NCBI GenBank assembly: GCA_031255655.1
Contig: JAIRSB010000076.1
Location: 1-32,964, forward strand
DNA length: 32,964 nt
Source: Spirochaetaceae bacterium
GTDB lineage: Bacteria; Spirochaetota; Spirochaetia; Treponematales; Breznakiellaceae
Direction of reading: 5' to 3'
The position numbers were made by a program, and so were the translations under genes. The first letter of the stretch is position 1. Each line of letters begins with the position of its first letter. Of this stretch, positions 24,481 through 32,964 are shown one piece after another. The notes beneath the pieces were generated by a model. That model was not told the DNA's origin. It was given only the letters and a program-made list of their open reading frames with translations, and did no database searches.

Positions 24481-25464
24481 ATGAGATTTTTATTTGTCGG
24501 GTTTAGACACGTTCATATCGAATCGTTGTATGAGACAGTAGCTTCCCGAAAGGATTTGGAAGTTGCGGCGTGCGTCGAATCCGATCCATCTGCACGGAAA
24601 AGCGCGGCGGAAAAGCTGCATATCGCGTTTTCCGAAAGTCCGTACACGGATCTGATTTCAAACGATGTTGTGGATATTGTAGCTGTCGGCAGCTGTTACG
24701 GCGATAGAGCGAGAGTGATAAAGGCTGCCTTATATGCGGGCATGCATGTTTTGTCTGACAAACCGATTTGCGTGAGCTTTGATGAACTGCGGGACATCAA
24801 GGAGCTTGCAAGGTCTAAACATAGAAAAGTGGGCTGTCTGTTTGATTTGCGATACCTTCCCCAGGTCAAACGGGCCAAGGCGATCTTGCAAAGCGGCCGC
24901 TTGGGCGAGGTGCGAAATGTTTCCTTTACGGGCCAGCATTTTTTGGATGCAAAAAACCGACCTTCGTGGTACTATGAACCGGGAATGCACGGCGGCACCA
25001 TCAACGATCTTGGTGTGCATGGCGTGGATTTGGTGCGACATCTGACCGGACTGCGTGTGAAGACAGTAGACGCAGCGCGATGCCGGAACGCATACGCGAC
25101 GGAACATCCGGACTTTAGGGACTGCGCCGTTTTCATGGCGCGTCTATCGAACGGAGCCGATCTTTTGGCGGATGTATCGTACTCGGCGCCCGAGCAGGCG
25201 ATGACCATGCCGACATATTGGAACTTTACATTTTGGTGCGAACGGGGGATGCTGCGGTTTTGCGCTGCGGATTTGAGGGTTTACGTCTACGAGGCGGGCG
25301 AATCCGACGTACAAGTTTTTCAAGGCATCGATGACGGAACAAATGTAATTGACGATTTCCTTTTCGAAATAAAAGCGGGCGCCGATGATCTGACGGAAGG
25401 CGTGTTTGCCGCGACATACGATGCGCTGTTGCTGCAAGCCGCGGCGGACGGTGGTGCGCCATGA
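24481..25464 (+). CDS. Gfo/Idh/MocA-like oxidoreductase, DKP-type with atypical dinucleotide loop
   Basis: GAAGGAGGA RBS. The N-terminus MRFLFVGFRHVHIESL lacks a GxGxxG-type loop. It has LSDKP instead of EKP. A C-terminal alpha/beta domain is present. Confidence 0.7.
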   Translation: MRFLFVGFRHVHIESLYETVASRKDLEVAACVESDPSARKSAAEKLHIAFSESPYTDLISNDVVDIVAVGSCYGDRARVIKAALYAGMHVLSDKPICVSFDELRDIKELARSKHRKVGCLFDLRYLPQVKRAKAILQSGRLGEVRNVSFTGQHFLDAKNRPSWYYEPGMHGGTINDLGVHGVDLVRHLTGLRVKTVDAARCRNAYATEHPDFRDCAVFMARLSNGADLLADVSYSAPEQAMTMPTYWNFTFWCERGMLRFCAADLRVYVYEAGESDVQVFQGIDDGTNVIDDFLFEIKAGADDLTEGVFAATYDALLLQAAADGGAP

Positions 25465-26645
25465 ACCGCACGGTCATTCAAAACGGCAAGTGTGTGATGC
25501 GGGACAGCGTTGAAGAAAACGTGTCCTTGGTGCTCGAAAATGGTAGGATCGCAGGCTTGATTCGCTCTAGCGACAACGTGGACGGCGAAGTTATCGATGC
25601 CAAAGGATGGTATGTTTCGCCGGGCTTTGTCGACATCCATGTGCACGGCGGCGGCGGGGCGGATTTTATGGATACGGACTTGGACAGCTATTTTACGGCA
25701 GCCAAACTCCATCTTTCGCACGGCACAACATCCATTATGCCAACAGTCTTGTCTGCAGATCGCGAAAGTTTGTTTCGGGCGGTTGAAAAATATGCTGCGG
25801 CGGAGCATGATCCGCGCATCAAAAGCAGACTTTTGGGTTTGCATATCGAAGGACCGTATCTGTCAAAGGCGCAGGCGGGGGCACAAGACGTAAAGCATAT
25901 CCGGAATTTCCTGCCCTCTGAATATCTTGCCATCATGGAACGGGGCGCAGGCAGGATACGGCGCTGGAGCGTCGCGCCCGAGCTAACTGGCGCGGACGCA
26001 TTTGCGAAAGCCGCGCGGGAACATGATATTACATTGAGCATCGCGCATTCCGACGCGGATTTTGACACGGTCGTCAAAGCGTTTGAAAAGGGCTTTAGAC
26101 TGGTGACACACCTCTACTCGGGCATGAGCAGCGTGACGCGAACGAGAGGATTTCGAAAGGGCGGAGTGCTGGAGGCCGCGCTTTTGCTGGACGGCATGAA
26201 TGTCGAACTCATTGCGGATAGCTGTCACTTGCCCAAGGAGCTGGTGTGCCTTGTCAGAAAATGCAAACCGGCCGCGCGCATTGCGGCCATCACGGACGCA
26301 ATGCGCGCAGCCGGACAAAACGTATCTGAGAGCGTACTCGGGGATATGAAAAGTGGTGTGCCGGTCATCATAGAAGACGGCGTCGCGAAGCTGAGAGGCG
26401 GCGAGGCTTTCGGCGGCAGCGTTGCGACGGCGGATCGCCTGCTAAAAACGCTGTTGCGATTCGGTACGCCGCTTCCGGAGGCGGTAAGTATGCTCACGGC
26501 AAATCCCCTTGCTATGATAGCTTGCGGAGACAAACTTGGGCGCATCCAGTCCGGGTATGAGGCGGACTTGTGCATGTTTGACGAAGCGATAGAGATTACG
26601 CGCGTATTGGTGCGCGGCGAGATGGTGTATGAAAATGGTATTTGA
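25461..26645 (+). CDS. nagA: N-acetylglucosamine-6-phosphate deacetylase
   Basis: GFVDIHVHGGGGADFMD, HIEGPYLS, SIAHSDA, THLYSGM and ITDAM are the full set of NagA motifs. Confidence 0.9.
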   Translation: MNRTVIQNGKCVMRDSVEENVSLVLENGRIAGLIRSSDNVDGEVIDAKGWYVSPGFVDIHVHGGGGADFMDTDLDSYFTAAKLHLSHGTTSIMPTVLSADRESLFRAVEKYAAAEHDPRIKSRLLGLHIEGPYLSKAQAGAQDVKHIRNFLPSEYLAIMERGAGRIRRWSVAPELTGADAFAKAAREHDITLSIAHSDADFDTVVKAFEKGFRLVTHLYSGMSSVTRTRGFRKGGVLEAALLLDGMNVELIADSCHLPKELVCLVRKCKPAARIAAITDAMRAAGQNVSESVLGDMKSGVPVIIEDGVAKLRGGEAFGGSVATADRLLKTLLRFGTPLPEAVSMLTANPLAMIACGDKLGRIQSGYEADLCMFDEAIEITRVLVRGEMVYENGI

Positions 26646-28254
26646 AAAACTTTCGTACATGGTAGACATATCCAGAAATGCCGTACCGAAATTGGAAACA
26701 CTAAAAAAACTCGCAAAAAAGCTTTCGCTTTTTGGGTATGATCGCCTGATGCTGTACATTGAGGATACGATCGAGGTAAAAAGCTACCCGATGCTTGGCA
26801 CGTTGAAGGCGCAGCTTTCCGTCTGCGAAATCCGCAATTTGGACGAATATGTCAAATCCATCGGCATGGAGCTGGTTCCGTGCATTCAGACCTTGGGACA
26901 CATGAATTCACTGGCACAATGGCCTGTATTTGACGGCATTAGAGACACAGACGACATTCTACTCGCGGGAAACGAAGAAACATATGTCTTTATCGACGCG
27001 CTATTGTTGGCGGTTCGTACGGCTTTTTCCTCAAACGAAATAAACATTGGAATGGATGAAGCGTTTTTACTGGGTGCAGGGCGATATATGGCCAAAAACG
27101 GATTTAGAGAAAAAAAACAAATATTCTCTGACCACCTAAGCCGCGTTCTTGCACTTTGCGAAAAACACGGATTCCGCGCGTCGATGTGGGGGGATATGTT
27201 TATCCGTATCCTCTTTAATGGCGAGTATTACGTGAAAGATGCTACGCTGCCGGATGGGGCAAAAAAGGCGGTACCCCAAAATGTAAGACTTGTATATTGG
27301 AATTACACGAGTCGCGACAGCAAATACTATGAACAAATGCTGGAACTTATGCGAGGGCTGTCTGATGACGTTTGCTTTGCCGGGGGCGCGTGGAAGTGGG
27401 CGGGTTTTGCACCCATGAACCAACGGAGCCTGGTCATCGCCAAGGATGCGTTGAAGGCCGCCAAAGGGCGCGTAGACGAAGTCATACTCACGGCGTGGGC
27501 GGATGACGGAGCGGAAGCATCGTTGTTTTCGGTCATGCCGGTTGCTGCGGCTTATGCCCAGTTCCGCGATACGGGAGAAATGGATATAAAAAAAACTGCG
27601 GAGCGGTTCCGATCCGTTATGGGTGTTGACTACGATCTTTTTCTGAAGCTGGACTGCGTGAACAGACTGGGCGCAGGCAGCTATGAGGATCAGCCGAATA
27701 ACGCCTCAAAATATTATCTGTATCAAGATATTATGCTGGGAAAATTTGACTGTACAGTGGAGGAAGGAACCGTCGTCACTTTGAAGAAAAATCTTGCCGA
27801 GTTGAAAGCCGCACGTCAACATGCGGGCGAGTGGACATATGTATTTGACACTCTGGTCGCACTTGCTGACGTTGTGTTCATTAAGGCAGGTTTGGGAATT
27901 GAGCTGCGAAAAGCCTATCAAGAAGGGAACAAAGAGGTTCTCCGAAAGCACGCGGAAATCACCTTACCGACATTGATTGACCGACTGGAAATATTTTATA
28001 ACGCGTTTGAACAACAATGGCTGACCGAAAATAAACCGGAAGGATTGGAGGTGATTCAATATCGTATCGGCGGTGTTTTAAAAAGAGTGGCGTATTGCAA
28101 ACGCATGCTGAGCCGATATGTTTTGGGAGAGACGGAGTCAATCGGAGAGTTTGAACATGATATCGTGGACTTTTCCGGCGGACTGTTTTCCATGAAAGAA
28201 AAGAACATTCTGTATAACAACACGAAACGAATTATGACAGCATCAAATTTGTGA
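26629..28254 (+). CDS. GH20-family beta-N-acetylhexosaminidase, GcnA-like cytoplasmic type
   Basis: MVDISRNAVP, LMLYIEDT, VPCIQTLGHMNSLAQW and NIGMDEAFLLG (D-E pair) resemble the streptococcal GcnA-type GH20 enzymes. No signal peptide. Confidence 0.8.
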   Translation: MKMVFEKLSYMVDISRNAVPKLETLKKLAKKLSLFGYDRLMLYIEDTIEVKSYPMLGTLKAQLSVCEIRNLDEYVKSIGMELVPCIQTLGHMNSLAQWPVFDGIRDTDDILLAGNEETYVFIDALLLAVRTAFSSNEINIGMDEAFLLGAGRYMAKNGFREKKQIFSDHLSRVLALCEKHGFRASMWGDMFIRILFNGEYYVKDATLPDGAKKAVPQNVRLVYWNYTSRDSKYYEQMLELMRGLSDDVCFAGGAWKWAGFAPMNQRSLVIAKDALKAAKGRVDEVILTAWADDGAEASLFSVMPVAAAYAQFRDTGEMDIKKTAERFRSVMGVDYDLFLKLDCVNRLGAGSYEDQPNNASKYYLYQDIMLGKFDCTVEEGTVVTLKKNLAELKAARQHAGEWTYVFDTLVALADVVFIKAGLGIELRKAYQEGNKEVLRKHAEITLPTLIDRLEIFYNAFEQQWLTENKPEGLEVIQYRIGGVLKRVAYCKRMLSRYVLGETESIGEFEHDIVDFSGGLFSMKEKNILYNNTKRIMTASNL

Positions 28255-28409
28255 GGATCACAACATGACCGGAGATCGGATACGACGCCGCACCAATTTG
28301 CGGGTTTGGCGCGATTCGGGAGCGAAGAGTCCACAAGTCCCTTCGCATCAGCAGGACAAACATCAAAAAGAAACAGAGCAATTAAAAAATTAAATGTGAG
28401 GTAAAAGCT

Positions 28410-29570
28410 ATGAAAAAAGTCAAATTCGGCGTCATCGGCATGGGAAACATGGGCGGATTGCACGCAAAGTATCTAATCGGCGGCGCTGTCGAAAACGCAG
28501 AGCTGTCCGCGGTGGCCGATATTGATCCCGAAAAGCTGGAGTCTTTCAAAAAGACAGCGGGTGGAGAGTATTCGTTTTTCCATGACGGAAAAGAATTGAT
28601 CGGCAACGCGGATGTGGATGCCGTAATCGTTGCGACGCCGCATTATAGTCATTGTGAGCTTAGTATTGCAGCTTTGGAAAAGGGGATTCACACGGTTTGT
28701 GAAAAACCCGCCGGGGTTTACGCCAAGCAGGTCAAGGAAATGAATGCGGTCGCCGCAAAAAGCAAGAGTCTGTTTACGGTCATGTTTAATCACCGCATGA
28801 ATCCGATCTATATCAAGATGCGCGACATGGTGCGTGGCGGAGACTTGGGCAGTCTGAAGCGCGTGACCTGGCACATAACAAATTGGTACCGACCTCAGAG
28901 CTATTACGATTCAAGCAACTGGCGGGCGACCTGGGCGGGGGAAGGCGGCGGCGTGTTGGTCAACCAGTGTCCGCATCAACTCGACCTCTTGCAGTGGATT
29001 GTGGGAATGCCGGCCAAGGTGCACGCAAAGTGTCATTTCGGGAAATGGCACAATATCGAAACGGAGGATGACGTGTCCGCATATTTGGAGTTTCCTGACG
29101 GCGCGACGGGGGTGTTCATTACGTCCACCGGTGATTATCCGGGTACGGACAGGTTTGAGATTGTAGGCTCGAAAGGACAGCTTGTAGCCGAAAACGGTGC
29201 CCTTACGTTTTACCGCCTGGCGGTGGATGAGCGTGAGTACAACAAAACCTTCAAAGGTTTGTTCGGTGCACCCGAGTATACGACGGAAAACTTTTCGTTT
29301 GACAGCAGAGGGCCGCAGCATGTCGGAATACTCAACAATTTTGCAAATGCCATTCAGGGGATAGAGCCGCTCTACATTGACGGCCGCGAGGGGCTCAAGG
29401 GCGTGGAATTGATGAATGGAATCCTGCTTTCCTGTTGGCTGAACAAAGAGGTTGCATTGCCGGCAGATGAAAATCTTTTTTTGAGCGAGCTTCAAGAAAG
29501 AGCGAAAAAAACAAAGAAAAAAACAGTTAGAAAGGTTGACGCAGCGGATATGAATGCGTCTTTTAGGTAA
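28410..29570 (+). CDS. Gfo/Idh/MocA family NAD(P)-dependent oxidoreductase (canonical EKP type)
   Basis: GTGAGGT RBS. Motifs are KFGVIGMGNMGGLHAKY, VCEKPAG and WRATWAGEGGGVLVNQCPHQLDLLQWIVG. Confidence 0.85.
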   Translation: MKKVKFGVIGMGNMGGLHAKYLIGGAVENAELSAVADIDPEKLESFKKTAGGEYSFFHDGKELIGNADVDAVIVATPHYSHCELSIAALEKGIHTVCEKPAGVYAKQVKEMNAVAAKSKSLFTVMFNHRMNPIYIKMRDMVRGGDLGSLKRVTWHITNWYRPQSYYDSSNWRATWAGEGGGVLVNQCPHQLDLLQWIVGMPAKVHAKCHFGKWHNIETEDDVSAYLEFPDGATGVFITSTGDYPGTDRFEIVGSKGQLVAENGALTFYRLAVDEREYNKTFKGLFGAPEYTTENFSFDSRGPQHVGILNNFANAIQGIEPLYIDGREGLKGVELMNGILLSCWLNKEVALPADENLFLSELQERAKKTKKKTVRKVDAADMNASFR

Positions 29571-29577
29571 GAAAGCG

Positions 29578-30555
29578 ATGAAAGCAGCTGTCATTGGATT
29601 GGGGGCAATAGCACCTGTACATATAGCGGCTCTACAAAAAATCGGTGTTGAAATCGTAGCGGTTTGTGATTCGGATGGTGACAAAAAGGCGTTGGCACAG
29701 ACGCTAGTGCCCGACGCAAGATTTTATGCGGATGATGTCGAAATGATGGATCGGGAGGCTCTCGATAGCGTCCATATATGTACGCCGCATTATCTGCATC
29801 CGATAATGTGCGTGAGCGCACTGGAACGGGATATTCACGTGCTTTGCGAAAAGCCGTTGGCCATATCCGAGGAAGGCATTGCGGCGGTGCGTAACGCACA
29901 AAAAAAATCAAAAGCGACCGTCGGAGTATGCTTTCAAAACCGATATTTGCCAGAGAATATATACGCAAAAAAGTTACTAAAGGACAGACCTGCAAAATAT
30001 GCGGCCGGCATGCTTCTTTGGAAAAGGGACAATGCGTATTATCGATCCGCAGAGTGGCGCGGGACGTGGAAAAAAGAGGGCGGAGGTGTGCTCATCAATC
30101 AAGCGATACACACACTGGATATGCTCAGTTGGCTTGTAGGTCATCCAAACACCGTGACGGCGGATCTTCAAAATGTGGCGCACAAAGGCGTTATCGAAAC
30201 GGAAGACAACGCTTCTTGCTATTTTCAAGGGAATGGTTTTCACTTTCATTTGTTTGCAACGACGGCGGCAACGAACGATTTTTCGCCGAGAATTGTTCTT
30301 TCTGCGGACGACATGACATTGTCACTAGAAAACGGGGCTCTTTCTTTGAACGGGGAGGCCGTGCGCTTTTCTTGTGAAAGCGGTTTGGGTAAGCCGTCTT
30401 GGGGGAGCGGGCACACCGCGTTGATTGAAGATTTTTATACATGTTTGCGAAGCGGGACAAAATTCCCCATCGATGTTGAGGAAAGCGTGAAAGCCGTTGA
30501 ATTGGTTTTGGCGTGTTACCGATCGAGGGGACAGCTTGTTCGCGTAGGGGAATAG
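29578..30555 (+). CDS. Gfo/Idh/MocA family NAD(P)-dependent oxidoreductase (canonical EKP type)
   Basis: The ATG at 29578 gives MKAAVIGLGAIAPVHIAAL. It has LCEKPLA and WRGTWKKEGGGVLINQAIHTLDMLSWLVG, so it is a paralogue of the preceding gene. Confidence 0.85.
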   Translation: MKAAVIGLGAIAPVHIAALQKIGVEIVAVCDSDGDKKALAQTLVPDARFYADDVEMMDREALDSVHICTPHYLHPIMCVSALERDIHVLCEKPLAISEEGIAAVRNAQKKSKATVGVCFQNRYLPENIYAKKLLKDRPAKYAAGMLLWKRDNAYYRSAEWRGTWKKEGGGVLINQAIHTLDMLSWLVGHPNTVTADLQNVAHKGVIETEDNASCYFQGNGFHFHLFATTAATNDFSPRIVLSADDMTLSLENGALSLNGEAVRFSCESGLGKPSWGSGHTALIEDFYTCLRSGTKFPIDVEESVKAVELVLACYRSRGQLVRVGE

Positions 30556-30631
30556 GAGAACCAGGGCGCCGGTATAAGGCCATGGAGAATGCAGCGAAGT
30601 TTGGAAAGCGGCGGAGGATACGTAAAACGGG

Positions 30632-30775
30632 ATGAAAATGACCTTTCGGTGGTACGGGGAGCGGGACAGTATTCCGCTATCCTACATCAAACAGATTCCC
30701 AATATGCACAGCGTGGTGACGGCGGTGTACGACTGCCCCGTGGGCGATCCGCAAAGGCGTGGAAAAATCAATTAA
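30632..30775 (+). pseudogene. uxuA: 5' fragment of mannonate dehydratase
   Basis: MKMTFRWYGERDSIPLSYIKQIPNMHSVVTAVYDCPVGD is the characteristic UxuA N-terminus (xTFRWYG...IRQIPG...PxGEVW). Similarity stops after GD at about 30746, and the frame stops at 30773-30775. Confidence 0.65.
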
Positions 30776-32964
30776 ACAGCTTGCCGAACATTTTAAGGCA
30801 TTATATGACAATCTGGATATTCTAAATCATTATTTTGTTTTCGATTCGAGCGTTCCGGTAGGGACGGTTTCTGTCAAACTTGTGGAAAATGCCGACCTTA
30901 TGATTATGATCACAACGGCGCAGGCAATCGCGGGCGAAAACAAACGGCTTAAGGGCGGCAGCGCGGACGCAAAGGCGGCGGGGGAAAAGAATAACGTTTG
31001 GGACGACCTTCAATACATTAAGCCCGCTATTATTGTGGATGAACCTCAGCGCGTTATGGGCAGTAGGAAAAAACCGAGCAAAGCGTCGGAAGCTATCAAG
31101 GAAGCGAATCCGTCGTTTACGTTGCATTATTCGGCTACGCCGCCCAAGGATATGTTTTGCACGCTTTACCGTCTTGACAGCTTTGCGGCGTTTAATAGCG
31201 AGCTTGTAAAGCAAATCGAAGTCAAAACGATTTACGGTCAAGTGCCGAAGGATTTCCGTTATATCCGATTTATCGACGTTACGCCGGACTTAAAAGCGCG
31301 GCTTGAAATATTCGCCACCGAACAAGGCAGCGCATGGAGTAAGCCGACTATTGTTAAATTGGGGGCGCAAGGCTCTCTGTATCAAGTATCCGGGCGCATG
31401 GAGCAATACAAGAATGTTTTTATTCATGAAAACCCGCATAAGAGCAAGCCGCTTAAAATTTCTATTGACGGTGAAATAACGGAGCTTAAGCAGGGCGAAT
31501 CCACATGGACGCCCGAAAACGAGGCCGTTAAGCGATTGCAAATCAAAATCGCTATCCGCAGCCATTTAGATAAGCAGTTCGCTTTCCTTGACGAAGGCAA
31601 GCGGATCAAGGTCTTATCCCTTTTCTTTATTGACAGCGTTATTAAGGTGCGTGACGACAAGGCCGCGGACGGCACCGGTCGCGGCGAATATTTAAGGATA
31701 TTTGACGAGGAATATAATAAAATTATCAACAGCCCGGCATACGCGCCGAAATTTGCTAAATACGCCGGATTGTTTCATAAATACAAAGAAACCAATCTTG
31801 TGCGGGAAGGTTATTTTGCCCGCGATAAAAGCGGCGCTGTCGTGGATATCGATGACATTTCCGCGGATGATAAGCCGTTTGAAGAAGTCAGTTTTGTTAA
31901 GAAAACACAGGAAGACATCGACCGCGGAATACAGCTTATCTTAGACGGCAAGGACAGGCTCATCCAATTCGATGAGCCGTTGGCTTTTATATTCTCTCAC
32001 TCCGCCCTTCGCGAGGGCTGGGATAACCCTAACGTTTTTACGCTTTGCACCTTAAAAACAGGCGGCAGCGAGATAGCCAAGAAGCAGGAAATCGGGCGCG
32101 GTCTCCGTCTTGCCCTTTCCGACGACGGCGCAAGGATTTACGACAGCGATATTAACAAACTCACGGTAGTAGTCAATGATAATTATGAACATTTTGCGGA
32201 AAGCCTGCAAGCGGACTTCAACGAAAAAGTCGGATTCAATAAAGATGAAATCACGTTTGAACTGCTTTTAAGGACGCTTAAGCAAGCGGACATTCCAAAG
32301 GCCAAAATCTCGGCAATCTTGTGGATTTATTAAAATCAGAGCTTATCTCCGGCGGCGTTATCAACGATAAAAATATTTTAAAAGGCGCTGCGGATATATC
32401 CTCTTTGCAATTCGCGAACGAGATACTCCAAGAGCATTGCGATAAAATCCGCGAGAAGTTCTCTAAGCTTGTAACTGAGCGCGGCAGTACGAAAATTAAG
32501 GTGCGGAACGGCGATCTTCCCGAGGTTACTAACGGACGGCAAAGCTATGTTGACGAAAGGGATTTCCGCGCTATTATGGACGAGCTTTCCTCCCGCATGA
32601 GGAAACGTACTTTTTACAGCGTAAAAATCGATAACGAAAAATTTATAACCGAAACCGCCGCGACCTTGAATAACGAATTTGCCGACAAGTCAATAACGCT
32701 CAATTACGATTTAGGCATAGGCAAGATTGTCGTGGAGAAGGATAAGAAATTCGGCGTTCACGGCGGTCTTACCGACCAAGTACGCGAAGACGCCGATGAA
32801 ATAATTCCTAAAAGCGATTACGAAGTTGTAAATTTCATTATGTACCATACAAATCTTCCTCGGCTTGCCATTGTGAGGATATTGCAATTATTTACCCGGC
32901 GCGACCTCCTCAATTCGCAGGATTGGCTTGACCGTGTTACCTATCGCATAGCGGAGCTTTTCAC
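30750..32964 (+). pseudogene. Type III restriction enzyme Res subunit (helicase-nuclease), N-terminally truncated and frameshifted, runs off the window
   Basis: Motifs present are IIVDEPQR (motif II, 31038-31049), LHYSATP (motif III) and FSHSALREGWDNPNVFTLCTL (motif VI). There is no Walker A/motif I upstream. The reading frame ends at 32333 and continues in another frame, which is open from 32282 to the window end (GNLVDLLKSELISGG...). Confidence 0.8.

Noticed and set aside
30589-30825. 78-aa ORF spanning the uxuA-res junction.
   Set aside because: It is in a different frame from both the UxuA-like N-terminus (frame of 30632) and the Res-like sequence (frame of 30759), and its product has no recognisable features.
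1-32964. CRISPR arrays, rRNA or tRNA genes, and integrase or att-type island boundaries.
   Set aside because: I noticed no regularly spaced short direct repeats, no rRNA or tRNA-like sequence, and no integrase or recombinase ORF. The only repeated DNA I found is the two-copy structured element.

Overview
By gene content this looks like a Firmicutes or Clostridia-type genome (inference). The core is a roughly 27 kb run of 21 tightly packed or overlapping genes, all on the + strand (3691-30555). A divergently transcribed AraC-family regulator sits beside it (2619-3428, minus strand). The run reads as a glycan utilisation locus: a CUT1-type ABC importer (one binding protein, two permeases, no ATPase gene), a 1280-aa surface protein built from lectin-like and Ig-like modules, two GH20 hexosaminidases, two GH42-like proteins of unassigned family, an SGNH esterase, and NagA plus a NagB-like deaminase. 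It also carries an unusual redox and hydrolase set: four Gfo/Idh/MocA oxidoreductases, two PF04909-type amidohydrolases (one with degenerate metal ligands), a PHP/phosphotriesterase-family protein, an M24-fold protein missing both Asp metal ligands, an AraA-like isomerase and an ASRT-family (sensory rhodopsin transducer-like) protein. No sugar kinase, aldolase or PTS gene is present. The locus ends in a truncated mannonate dehydratase (uxuA) start joined abruptly to a decayed Type III restriction res gene. The left flank is visibly AT-rich accessory DNA: the 3' end of a gene, two small membrane proteins, a C5 DNA methyltransferase relic cut by an IS5-family transposase relic, and a highly structured ~142 bp repeat. 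A second copy of that repeat lies in the predicted 5' leader of the AraC-family gene. I saw no rRNA, tRNA or CRISPR array. All family calls rest on motifs I recognised by eye, and none was confirmed by search.
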